A stretch of 64,000 nt of DNA from an uncultured delta proteobacterium (GTDB lineage: Bacteria; Myxococcota_A; Polyangia; Polyangiales; Polyangiaceae): contig CAWJCS010000005.1 of NCBI GenBank assembly GCA_963841435.1, positions 256,001 to 320,000 on the forward strand, in the 5' to 3' direction. The translations under genes and the position numbers were made by a program. This document shows positions 30,231 through 39,319 of this stretch, piece after piece (position 1 is the first letter of the stretch; each line of letters opens with the position of its first letter). The notes below the pieces were generated by a model. It was not told the DNA's origin. It did not search any database and worked only from the letters and a program-made list of their open reading frames with translations.

Positions 30231-31346
30231 ATGAGGCGACTCGTCTCGCTCCTGCTTTTCGCTGCGTCGTGTGCCCCGCCATCGGCCACCCCCACCGGCG
30301 GCGCCCCGGCAGCGCTCGCCCCTCACGCTCGAGCCGAGTCAGGGGCCGCGAGGTCGCACGCTCGAGTCACCGGCGCGGCTGAGCGCGACGCTCCGGGCGT
30401 CGGCCGCGCGTCGCTGCCGCTGGAGCTCGTGGTCGATGCGCCGCTCCCCGGGCGCGCCGTGCGCTTCGACTACCTGGAGCTCGACCGGACGACGAAGAAC
30501 CTCGTCATCGCGCACATGAACGACGCCTCGGTGCTCGTCGTCCGGGCCGGCGACGGCTCACTCGTGAAGCGGGTGTCGAGCGTGCCGATACCGCGCGGCG
30601 TCGCAATCGCAGACGACGCCGGTCGCATCTTCGTGAGCAGCTCGCCGCATGCGCTCGTGATTCTCGACCGTCGGTCACTCACGGAAATCGCCCGCGTCAC
30701 GACGGGCACCGCGCCCGACGGCGTGGCCTGGGACGGCACGGATCGCATCGTCGCGGTATCGGACCAAGGCGACGGCGCCGTATCGCTCATCGCCCAATCC
30801 GGCAGCGGCGCTCGAACGCAAGTGCAGCTCGGCGGCGAGCCCGGGAACGTGGTGTTCGATGCACGGCGCCGCGCCTTTTGGGTCACGGTCGCGACCACTT
30901 CGGCGCCTGATCGGCTCGTGGCACTCGACCCGCTCGAGGCGCGCATCACCGAGAGCGTGGCCCTCGGCCATTGCTCGGGGGCGCACGGCCTCAGGCTCCA
31001 CCCGAACGGCCCCAGCGCCTTCGTCGCGTGCGAGCGCAATTCGAAAGTCGTCCGTGTCGACCTCGCTTCCCGCTCGCATGATCAGCGCGTCGCCAGCTGC
31101 GGCAGGCATCCTGACGTCATGGCGATCGATGCGGGCCTTGGCTGGCTTTACGTCGCGTCAGAGAGCGGCGACCTCCGGGTATTCGACCTGGGCCAACCTG
31201 GGCTCGTGCAAATCGCAGAACAGCACCCTGGCGACGGCAGCCACTCTCTTGCAGTCGATCCCGAAACCCATCGGGTCTATTTTCCGCTGCCGCGCGGCCC
31301 TTTGGGCGCCCCCGTTCTGCGAATCATGAAGCCGTCGGGAACGTGA
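30231..31346 (+). CDS. YncE-like beta-propeller lipoprotein
   Basis: RFDY, AHMND, GAHGL, SHSLAVDPETHRVYFPL. Confidence 0.82.
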   Translation: MRRLVSLLLFAASCAPPSATPTGGAPAALAPHARAESGAARSHARVTGAAERDAPGVGRASLPLELVVDAPLPGRAVRFDYLELDRTTKNLVIAHMNDASVLVVRAGDGSLVKRVSSVPIPRGVAIADDAGRIFVSSSPHALVILDRRSLTEIARVTTGTAPDGVAWDGTDRIVAVSDQGDGAVSLIAQSGSGARTQVQLGGEPGNVVFDARRRAFWVTVATTSAPDRLVALDPLEARITESVALGHCSGAHGLRLHPNGPSAFVACERNSKVVRVDLASRSHDQRVASCGRHPDVMAIDAGLGWLYVASESGDLRVFDLGQPGLVQIAEQHPGDGSHSLAVDPETHRVYFPLPRGPLGAPVLRIMKPSGT

Positions 31347-31457
31347 GGACGCGCGCGTCGACCGCGCGCTGACGACGCCGCAAAATGTAGGCTTTCGCGG
31401 CCGGCGCTCGACCCGCGACGGCGCGCGGGAGTAGCATGAAGATTCGGTAGGGCGCTC

Positions 31458-33482
31458 ATGGCAACGGGTTCGAGAAGGAGCAGGTGGCAGAACGCATTCG
31501 CCGTACTGTTCGCGGGCACCGCCGTCGCGGCCGTGGCGTGCGGCGACGACGAGCCGGGGAGCGGCACCCAGGCGGCCTCGGGGAGCGGAGCCATGGGCGC
31601 CGCGGGCGGCCCGGGGGGCGCGAGCGGCAGCGCCGGCGGCGGCGGCGCTGGCACGGCGGGGAAGGGGTCGGGCGGGGCGAACGGTGGCTCGAGCGGCAGC
31701 GGCGGGAGCGGCGGCAGCGACGCGGGTGGCGCGCGCGACGGCGGCTCGGGCGGGACCGGCGGCGGCAAGGCCGGCAGCTCGGGCACGGGCGGGAGCGGGC
31801 CCATGCAGCCCACCGAGTGCAACGACGGCATCGACAACGATGGCGACGGCCTCGTCGACTGGCAGGAAGACCTCGGCTGCTGGGGCCCCGGCGACGGCAC
31901 CGAGGCCGCGCTGCCACGCGACCAGGAAGACGGCTTTTCTACCTTCGACATCGGCCCCGACAGCGTGGTCGTCTACGTGAGCGAGAACGGTGACGACGCG
32001 GCGAGCGGCACGAGCCCGAACGATCCGGTGAAGACGCTCGCGCGCGCGGCCGCTCTCGTTCGCGACGGGGAGAACGACTTCATGCTGCTCGAGCGCGGCA
32101 GCACCTTTCGCGACCAGACGCTCGGCCGCTTCAAATCGGGCCGCGATGCGACGCACCCGCTCGTCGTCGCGTCGTACGGCGACTCGATGGCGCTTCCCCG
32201 CGTGGAAGCCTCGGACTTTTTCATCAACCACGACGGCCAGGCGCGAAGCTTCGTGGCCGTCGTGGGCCTCCACTTCGTCGTCACCCACAGTGACCCGGCG
32301 GATGCGGCCTACGATGTGGGCGCCGAGGGCGTCTTCCGCTACGTGGGCAGCGGCCAGAACCTGCTCATCGAGAGCTGCCACCTCGAATACGGCGAGATCG
32401 CGCTGCAGAGCTACGGCTCGGGCACGTACCAGGACGTCGAGGTGCGTCGCAACGTGGTCGAGAAGGCGTTCCACGCGGACACGTGCTCTCCCGGCGATCC
32501 GAACGGCGACTCGACCTACCGACCCTCCGGCATGTACTCGAGTCACGTCGAGGGCCTGCTCGTCGAAGGCAACCTCTTCGACCACAACGGCTGGAACGAG
32601 GACGTTCCTTCCGCCTGCGCCACCATCTACAACCACAACCTCTACCTGAACGGCACGGACGTCGTCATACGCGACAACGTGCTCACGCGCGCCTCGAGCA
32701 TTCACATCAAGCTGCGCTCGGACGTGACGGGCGACATGCAGGGCACGGTGATCGAGAACAACTATTTCGTCGAGGGCGAAATTGGCGTCTCGATCGGCGG
32801 CAACAGCACCGAGCCCTTCCGTTTCGCGTCTTCGACCATCAAGAACAACGTGATGTCGGACATCGGCCGCAGCCAGCCGACGACGCGCACGCTCGCGTGG
32901 GGCGTCGAGGTCCAGGACAACGACGGCCTCGCGATCGAGGACAACCTGTTTTTGAATCAGCACCAGAGCAGCGTCGCCAATTCGTACGCGCTGAACGTCG
33001 CGGGCGACAGCGAACGCGACATCGGCGTGAAGAACAACCTCTTTTATCGCATCCAGACACGCGCCCTGCAGGTGAGCGCCGTGTCCGGGCACGAGACGAT
33101 CACGATTTCCGGCAACGCCTTCGTCAACCCCGATCAGGACTCGTGCCTCGTCGATCACAGCGGATCGTTTGCGAGCTACTCGTATACGGGCAACGGCTAT
33201 TTCAGCTCGGCCGCGGCGGGCTCCTGGTTCTGTCTCGACGCGGGGCGCGGCTCAATCGACGACTGGAAGGCGACGAGCGGCGAGAGCGACGCGACGACGC
33301 TCGACCCTGCCGACTTCTCCGATCCCGACCGCACCATCGAAACCTACGCCACCTCCCTCGGCCTCGGCTCGACGCTCGCGAGCTACCTCGACGCAGCCCG
33401 GAACCAGACGCGTCTCAATTTCGATCCGCGCCTCGGCGCCCCCGCGATCAACGACTACATCCGGGCCGGTTTCCAGCCGTAG
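31458..33482 (+). CDS. Gly-linker lipoprotein with right-handed parallel beta-helix
   Basis: AVAC lipobox; CNDGIDNDGDGLVD repeat; NLFDHNGW, NHNLY. Confidence 0.85.
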   Translation: MATGSRRSRWQNAFAVLFAGTAVAAVACGDDEPGSGTQAASGSGAMGAAGGPGGASGSAGGGGAGTAGKGSGGANGGSSGSGGSGGSDAGGARDGGSGGTGGGKAGSSGTGGSGPMQPTECNDGIDNDGDGLVDWQEDLGCWGPGDGTEAALPRDQEDGFSTFDIGPDSVVVYVSENGDDAASGTSPNDPVKTLARAAALVRDGENDFMLLERGSTFRDQTLGRFKSGRDATHPLVVASYGDSMALPRVEASDFFINHDGQARSFVAVVGLHFVVTHSDPADAAYDVGAEGVFRYVGSGQNLLIESCHLEYGEIALQSYGSGTYQDVEVRRNVVEKAFHADTCSPGDPNGDSTYRPSGMYSSHVEGLLVEGNLFDHNGWNEDVPSACATIYNHNLYLNGTDVVIRDNVLTRASSIHIKLRSDVTGDMQGTVIENNYFVEGEIGVSIGGNSTEPFRFASSTIKNNVMSDIGRSQPTTRTLAWGVEVQDNDGLAIEDNLFLNQHQSSVANSYALNVAGDSERDIGVKNNLFYRIQTRALQVSAVSGHETITISGNAFVNPDQDSCLVDHSGSFASYSYTGNGYFSSAAAGSWFCLDAGRGSIDDWKATSGESDATTLDPADFSDPDRTIETYATSLGLGSTLASYLDAARNQTRLNFDPRLGAPAINDYIRAGFQP

Positions 33483-33505
33483 CCGGCGATAGGCGGTCCG
33501 GCCTG

Positions 33506-34468
33506 CTAGCGCCGCCGTGTCGGGTGCGCGGCGAGCAGCAGGCGGTAGCAGGTGTCGAGCGTCGGCATCGCCACGCCGAGCTCGGCGGCGCGCGAGAGAG
33601 CGAAGCCGAGTGTTTCCTCGATTTCGAGCGGGCTGCCTCGCAGCGCATCTTGCTGAGCCGACACGCGGTGCTCGGGCGCGCCTTCTCGGTAGCGCTCGCC
33701 GACGCGGCGCACCAGCTCGATGGCTTCGTCGTCGGTCGCCCGCGCGATGCTGGCCACCGGCAACGGCGACGCGTCCTCGATCGCGATGCGCTCGGCATCG
33801 GCCAACGCCTTGGCCTCGCGGGCCATCCGCACGATGACGCCGGCGCCCGCCTCGTCGGTCAAGAACTCCCAGGTGTAGCGCCCGGTGAGCACGGCGAGCG
33901 GCAGCTGGGCGATCCAGCCGACGAACTTCGACCATTCGCGTGTGCGGATGTCGGGCGCCACGGCCGAGCGCACGCCCGCGGCGTCGATGAGTAGACTGAG
34001 AGCGCTCGTTCGCTCGCTCGTGCCACCCCCGAGCTCACCGAGGTGAAGGCACACGTTGCGCGTGAACTTGACGGCACCGCCCGGCAAGAGCTCCCCGCTG
34101 AAGTCCGCCATGCAGCCGAGCACGCGCTCGGCCCCGAACGCTTGGGCGAGCAGCTCGTCCTTGAGCACGCCGTTCTGGACCGAAAACGCGCAGCCGAGCT
34201 CGACGTGGGCGAGCGCCGCCAAGCTCTCGGCGGAGCCAATCGCCTTGGTGGCGACAATCAACGTGTCGGTCTCGCGAAGCTCGCGCGGATGACGCAAGAT
34301 GTTGGGGCGTGCCTCGATCGCGGCGAGGCCCGTCACGATCACACCGTCGCGCTCGAGCGTCGCTACGCGCTCACCGCGCGCGAGAAGCGTCACGTCGTGG
34401 CCGGCGCGGCAAAGGTGCGCGCCGAGAATGCTCCCGAGGGCACCGGCTCCGAGGATGGCGAAGCGCAT
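33506..34468 (-). CDS. panE: 2-dehydropantoate 2-reductase family
   Basis: ILGAGALG, ATKA, QNG, WSK, SAQQD...E. Confidence 0.85.
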   Translation of the reverse strand: MRFAILGAGALGSILGAHLCRAGHDVTLLARGERVATLERDGVIVTGLAAIEARPNILRHPRELRETDTLIVATKAIGSAESLAALAHVELGCAFSVQNGVLKDELLAQAFGAERVLGCMADFSGELLPGGAVKFTRNVCLHLGELGGGTSERTSALSLLIDAAGVRSAVAPDIRTREWSKFVGWIAQLPLAVLTGRYTWEFLTDEAGAGVIVRMAREAKALADAERIAIEDASPLPVASIARATDDEAIELVRRVGERYREGAPEHRVSAQQDALRGSPLEIEETLGFALSRAAELGVAMPTLDTCYRLLLAAHPTRRR

Positions 34469-34593
34469 GCCGGCAAATGTCCGTCTCGGGACGGCGAAGT
34501 CAACCGCGCGCGCGTCCGTCGCCGTCGGTCGTTCGGCCGTACACGCTCCTGCGCCTTGCAGCGCGCCGACGGGCATAGGACGCTACGCTTCGG

Positions 34594-35289
34594 ATGGCGC
34601 TTCGAGCGGGGCTCTTCGTCGTTGTCGGGCTCGGTGTGGCCTGCGGTGGGGGCGCACCTTCGAAATCCGCTGCCGACTCGGCAGGCCCGCGTTCGTCGCA
34701 CCACCAGGATCGCGCCGCCGACGCGCACGCGGCTTCCACGGAACGGACCGACGAACCGATGAGCAACGCCGTCGTCGAGGCTCGCCTCAGGAAGACACTG
34801 GCGGAGCTACCGAAGAACGCCCGCGTGGAGCGCATCGCCCTCGCCGACATCGCGTACCCGGAAAGTGCCGAGGAAAATCACGCGCTCGGGGGCTTCGCGT
34901 TCATGATCGTCACGGCCCTCGCGCAGGATCCGGCCGATTTACCGCTGCGCCGCGTGCACTTTCACAGCACGCGGGGCGAGCTCGATCTCCCGGTGCTCTT
35001 CGAGCGGGTGGGAACGGTCGAGCCCGAGGATCTGCGTCGAGCTTTCGGCGCCACCCGAACGGACGGCCTCTATGCCATCCCGCTCGGTGCGGCGTTCCTC
35101 GAGGGCTCCGTGATCGCGAATTTCAAGGCGGCACAGGGCGACTTCGAGATCCTCGCCTTTCACGGCGGGAGCCCGCCGACGAACGTCGAGCCGATCGAGC
35201 CGAGTGAGCCCGACGCCGACGCCCTCGACGCCTTCGTCAATCGCGAATTTCCCGTGGCCCGCGAGCGTGAGCTCGGGAGCACTCGCTAG
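34594..35289 (+). CDS. Hypothetical lipoprotein
   Basis: GVAC lipobox; GC3-rich frame. Confidence 0.7.
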   Translation: MALRAGLFVVVGLGVACGGGAPSKSAADSAGPRSSHHQDRAADAHAASTERTDEPMSNAVVEARLRKTLAELPKNARVERIALADIAYPESAEENHALGGFAFMIVTALAQDPADLPLRRVHFHSTRGELDLPVLFERVGTVEPEDLRRAFGATRTDGLYAIPLGAAFLEGSVIANFKAAQGDFEILAFHGGSPPTNVEPIEPSEPDADALDAFVNREFPVARERELGSTR

Positions 35290-35323
35290 TCGGGCACGTG
35301 CTCACCTCGACGAGCGGCGCGCG

Positions 35324-36037
35324 ATGACGGCAGGCAAGGCAGGCGCTCTGGGCGGGGTGCTCTTGGCGCTCGTCGTGCTTGGAGGGCTCGCTCTCAGGGC
35401 ATCGCAACGTGCCCGCGAGGGCACGCATCGCCCGCCTGGCGCTCTCTCGGCTTCGCCGGCGAGGGGCCCCGCCTCTGGCAACGTGCCCATGGCCTCGCCG
35501 AGTGCGAGCGCCACGGCGAACGCCCCACCGAGACCCGCGCTGCCGCGCTACACCGAGCCGGTCCGCGACCGGGCGCGCGCCGACGCGCTGAGGAAGCTCT
35601 TGCTCACGCTCTACGCGGCAAAGCCCGAGCCTCGCGACGGTGGCCGACGAGCGCTGCCAAAGCCCGCGCACGCCGGTGCCGCAACGCAGGGCATGCCCGC
35701 GCCCGAGGGGACGGGAAACCAGGCGAACGAGGCGCTCGGCCGCTACGTGGGTCGCGTCATGCGGGAGCAGTTCGTGCCGCTCGCGGGCTCCTGCTACGAG
35801 GAGCTGCTCTCGCGACACCCGGAAGCAAAGGGCAGCGTGACGCTGAAGTTCTCGATCATGGGAGACGAAAGCGTCGGCGGCGTCGTCGTCGACGCCTCGC
35901 TCGGCAAGGGCGCGGACCTCGGCGACGAGCTCTTCTCGGTGTGCGTCCAGGAGTCGCTCTATTCGGTCGTGTTCGAGCCACCCCCACCCGGCCACCCCAC
36001 GGTCACCGTCAACCAGTCGCTCGATCTCGCTCCGTAA
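35324..36037 (+). CDS. Membrane-anchored AgmX/PglI-type TonB-C-like domain protein
   Basis: TM helix, Pro-rich linker, CYEELLSRHP..G.V.LKF...CV. Confidence 0.7.
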   Translation: MTAGKAGALGGVLLALVVLGGLALRASQRAREGTHRPPGALSASPARGPASGNVPMASPSASATANAPPRPALPRYTEPVRDRARADALRKLLLTLYAAKPEPRDGGRRALPKPAHAGAATQGMPAPEGTGNQANEALGRYVGRVMREQFVPLAGSCYEELLSRHPEAKGSVTLKFSIMGDESVGGVVVDASLGKGADLGDELFSVCVQESLYSVVFEPPPPGHPTVTVNQSLDLAP

Positions 36038-36379
36038 AGCTCCGATTCGATGACACCTGTCGCGCGATGATCGGCCTTGCTCGAGGCGACGCGGTCGCGC
36101 CCGCCGTTCGCGCCGGCCACGGCGACGAACGGCCCCTCGACCAGCCGACGACACCAGGCGCTCGAAGCCACTCGCGCGCTCTCCTGGCTTCGACTCGGCC
36201 TTGCGCCGTGTCCATGGGATCGGAGCGTCATGTCGGAGCGTTCGCTCGGCTCGCACCTCGCCGAGCAGTGCCAGCGCGCCGCGCGGGTTCCGCGGCCTTT
36301 CGTTCGGCTCGGCCGAGCGTTGCCGCGAAAGCGGCCACGTGGTAAATTTATAAGCCGAGTTGACGGCGAAAAGTTCCGC

Positions 36380-36631
36380 ATGAGCGCCTACGCCTCCATC
36401 CAGAAGGACATCGCCGAGTACCTGGCCGCGAATTACGACATCAAGCTCGATGCGGTCGCTCCCGAAGCGACCCTCGAAGAGCTCGGTTTCGATTCGCTCG
36501 GCCTACTCGGGATCGCGACGTTGCTCGAGAACAAGTACGGGCTCAAGTTCGACACGGCCTCGATGTTCCGGGTCGAGACCGTCACGGACCTCATCGAGCT
36601 CGTAAAGAGCAAAAGCGCGGAGATCGCCTGA
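36380..36631 (+). CDS. Acyl carrier protein
   Basis: Acidic 83-aa protein with LGFDSL phosphopantetheine motif. Confidence 0.9.
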   Translation: MSAYASIQKDIAEYLAANYDIKLDAVAPEATLEELGFDSLGLLGIATLLENKYGLKFDTASMFRVETVTDLIELVKSKSAEIA

Positions 36632-37902
36632 TTCTGCCGAGTGAGCGCGCCGAGCCCGATCGGACGCGGGTCGCCATCACCGCGATCGGGCTCGTCACGC
36701 CGCTCGGCATCGGCACCGATGCGTTTTTCGAGAAGCTCGTCGCCGGCGTCAGCGGCGTTCGCCGCATCACGCTGTTCGACCCGAGCTCGAGTCGCGTGCA
36801 GATCGCCGCCGAGGTGGACGGCTTCGAGCCCCGTCGCTGGCTCGACTTCAAGGATACAAAGCGCCTCGCGCGCGTCGCCCAGCTCGCCGTGGCAGCATCG
36901 GAGCTTGCGCTCGCGGACCAGAGCCTCGACGGCCTCGACCGCGACGACGTGGCGACCATCGTGAGCAGCGGCCTCGGCGGGCCGGACTCCATCTTCACCG
37001 CCGTGCGCGCGCACCTCGCCGACGAGGCCGTGTCGCCGCTCTTCATTCCCATGGCCATGGCGAACCTCGCCGCGTCCGTGATCGCCGACCGCTTGAAGCT
37101 CGGCGGTCCGAGCTACGCGCCCGTGAGCGCCTGCGCTTCGTCGGCCGACGCGATCGGGCAAGGCTACCGGCTGATCCGCGGCGGCTATGCCACGGCCTGC
37201 GTCGTGGGCGGCGCCGAAGGAGGCATCAATCCGGTCGTGATGTCGGGCTTTGCGAGCATGCGGGCCCTGTCGCTTCGCAACGACGACCCCGCACGAGCCG
37301 CTCGCCCGTTCGCCGCGGATCGCGACGGTTTCGTGCTCGGCGAGGGCGCCTGCGTGCTGCTCCTCGAGTCGCTCGATTCGGCGAAGCGGCGCGGGGCTCA
37401 CGTCTACGCCGAGGTGTGCGGCTACGGTCAGACGAGCGACGCCCACCACCTGACGGCGCCGCGCCCCGACGGAGAGCGCGTGACGCGCGCCATGCTGCTC
37501 GCGCTCCGTGAAGCGGGGCTCGAGCCTTCGAGCGTGGACTACATCAATGCCCACGGCACCGGCACGCTGCTCTCGGACCCCGCCGAGACGCGCGCCATCC
37601 GCCAGGCGCTCGGGGAGCACGCTGCAAGGGTCGCCGTGAGCTCGACGAAGTCGATGCTGGGGCACCTTCTCGGAGCGGCCGGCGCCGTCGAGGCAGCGAT
37701 CTGCGCGCTCGCCATCGATCGCGGCGTCATCCCGCCGACCATCAATCTCGACATCCCCGATCCGACCTGCGACCTCGACTACGTGCCGAACCAGGCACGA
37801 AAGCAAGCCGTGAAGGTCGCCCTGTCGAACTCGATGGCGTTCGGCGGGCACAACGTCACGCTGGCGCTCAGAAACCATGCGCTACCGCTCGCTCGCGTGT
37901 GA
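36628..37902 (+). CDS. fabF: Beta-ketoacyl-ACP synthase II; start ambiguous (CTG 36628, or GTG 36641 plus a frameshift)
   Basis: RVAITAIGLVTPLG lies upstream of the called start; SACASS, AHGTGT, GHLLGAAG catalytic triad. Confidence 0.9.
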   Translation: MILPSERAEPDRTRVAITAIGLVTPLGIGTDAFFEKLVAGVSGVRRITLFDPSSSRVQIAAEVDGFEPRRWLDFKDTKRLARVAQLAVAASELALADQSLDGLDRDDVATIVSSGLGGPDSIFTAVRAHLADEAVSPLFIPMAMANLAASVIADRLKLGGPSYAPVSACASSADAIGQGYRLIRGGYATACVVGGAEGGINPVVMSGFASMRALSLRNDDPARAARPFAADRDGFVLGEGACVLLLESLDSAKRRGAHVYAEVCGYGQTSDAHHLTAPRPDGERVTRAMLLALREAGLEPSSVDYINAHGTGTLLSDPAETRAIRQALGEHAARVAVSSTKSMLGHLLGAAGAVEAAICALAIDRGVIPPTINLDIPDPTCDLDYVPNQARKQAVKVALSNSMAFGGHNVTLALRNHALPLARV

Positions 37903-38203
37903 CTACGACGGGACGCTCGCGAGCAACGGCGCCGTTTCGGCCTCGACTCGCGGGGCAGGCGTGGAGGAGCTCGTCGAGCGTTTGCTCTCCGGCGGCAAGC
38001 TCCCGCCGCGACGCGCCTGACGAGAGGCGACGGCGAACGAAAACGACGCACGCACCACGCCCTGGTCCTCCGTGGCGGGATCATATGCCCCAGCGTGCGC
38101 CACGCTGGGCTCGCCGTGGATTGTTGCCGCGCCTGTAACCGGTGACCTTGCGCGGCTTACTCGCACCGGGCCGGCACCCGGCCAACTTGCAACAGGAGGA
38201 GCC

Positions 38204-39148
38204 ATGCGTTTCATGGGAGCAGTTTGTCTCGCAATCGCCATGCTCACCGCCGGATGCGGCGGTGACGACGACGCGCCCGTCGTGCCGTCGGGCGACCACG
38301 CAACGGATCCCGACACGGCGCCGCGCGCGGCGGTGGATCGTTTCAGCGCCGATGCGGGGATGTTGATGGTACGCAGCGACGAAAACGACCTGCCGGGGCC
38401 GAACGAGCCCATCGACTTCGATTCGGGAGAGCCGTTCGTCACGCAGGGGCTCGGTCCCGATGGCGAGGTCGTGAAGTACTACAACTTCGACGTCCAACCG
38501 ACCGCGCCGGCGCCCATCTACGCCTTGTTCCGAGCCGGCGAAAGCTCGCCGGTTTCGGGGCAGCTCAACATCGTTGATGTCGTACCGGGCGACAAGGGAT
38601 ACAACGACTTCTGGCAGGTGATGAAGGTGACCGTCCCCGCCGACTACGTCACCAACAGCGTGACGAGCGCTTCGGCGCTCCGCGCGGCCGGGTACCCGAT
38701 CGACGAGACCGACATGCTCGTCAATTGCCCCATAGTGCCCGACGGCTCGACGGCGACGATGAGGCTAGGCGACGAGGATCCCGGGCTGAGCCGCGGATGG
38801 TACCGCGACGGCGTCGTGTTCTACTTCAACTTCTCGGAGGCCATGCTGACGACAACGGGGGGCAACGTGCCGGTTTCTCCGATCTTCGTCACCTTCAACG
38901 TCAATCCCGATCCCAACGACCCCATGAGCGGGCCGGCCTCGGGCTTCGAGGTCGAGCCCAACAGCGCGCAAACTCACAATGTCCCCGCCACGTTGCCCGA
39001 CGACGCTGGCTACTCACCGCTCTGGGGCGTGCAGATCTACGACAACGCCGATTTCGAAACCGTGATGGACCTCGCGTCCGTGGAGCACGCGTCGATTCTC
39101 GTGGACGATGGGCCCACCGTGAACTGTCCGATCGTCTCGATCGAATGA
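38204..39148 (+). CDS. Lipoprotein with two internal repeat domains
   Basis: AGGAGG RBS; TAGC lipobox; P..GY..[FL]W...VNCPIV occurs twice. Confidence 0.85.
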   Translation: MRFMGAVCLAIAMLTAGCGGDDDAPVVPSGDHATDPDTAPRAAVDRFSADAGMLMVRSDENDLPGPNEPIDFDSGEPFVTQGLGPDGEVVKYYNFDVQPTAPAPIYALFRAGESSPVSGQLNIVDVVPGDKGYNDFWQVMKVTVPADYVTNSVTSASALRAAGYPIDETDMLVNCPIVPDGSTATMRLGDEDPGLSRGWYRDGVVFYFNFSEAMLTTTGGNVPVSPIFVTFNVNPDPNDPMSGPASGFEVEPNSAQTHNVPATLPDDAGYSPLWGVQIYDNADFETVMDLASVEHASILVDDGPTVNCPIVSIE

Positions 39149-39319
39149 TCCCCGAGTCAGGCGCGCGCTTCGACGCGCCAGGGCCTGTGAAATCGATTCC
39201 GCATTCGTGCTCGGCGGCTCGGCGGCGCCAGCCGGAGCGTGCGTGGTCTCTGGCCCACGCCTGCCAATGTTGCGGAAAAGTTTGGGATCGAACGGAACCC
39301 GAGCGGCATTCACCACTCC

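Noticed and set aside
36380-37902. Type II PKS gene cluster
   Set aside because: No chain-length factor, cyclases or tailoring genes
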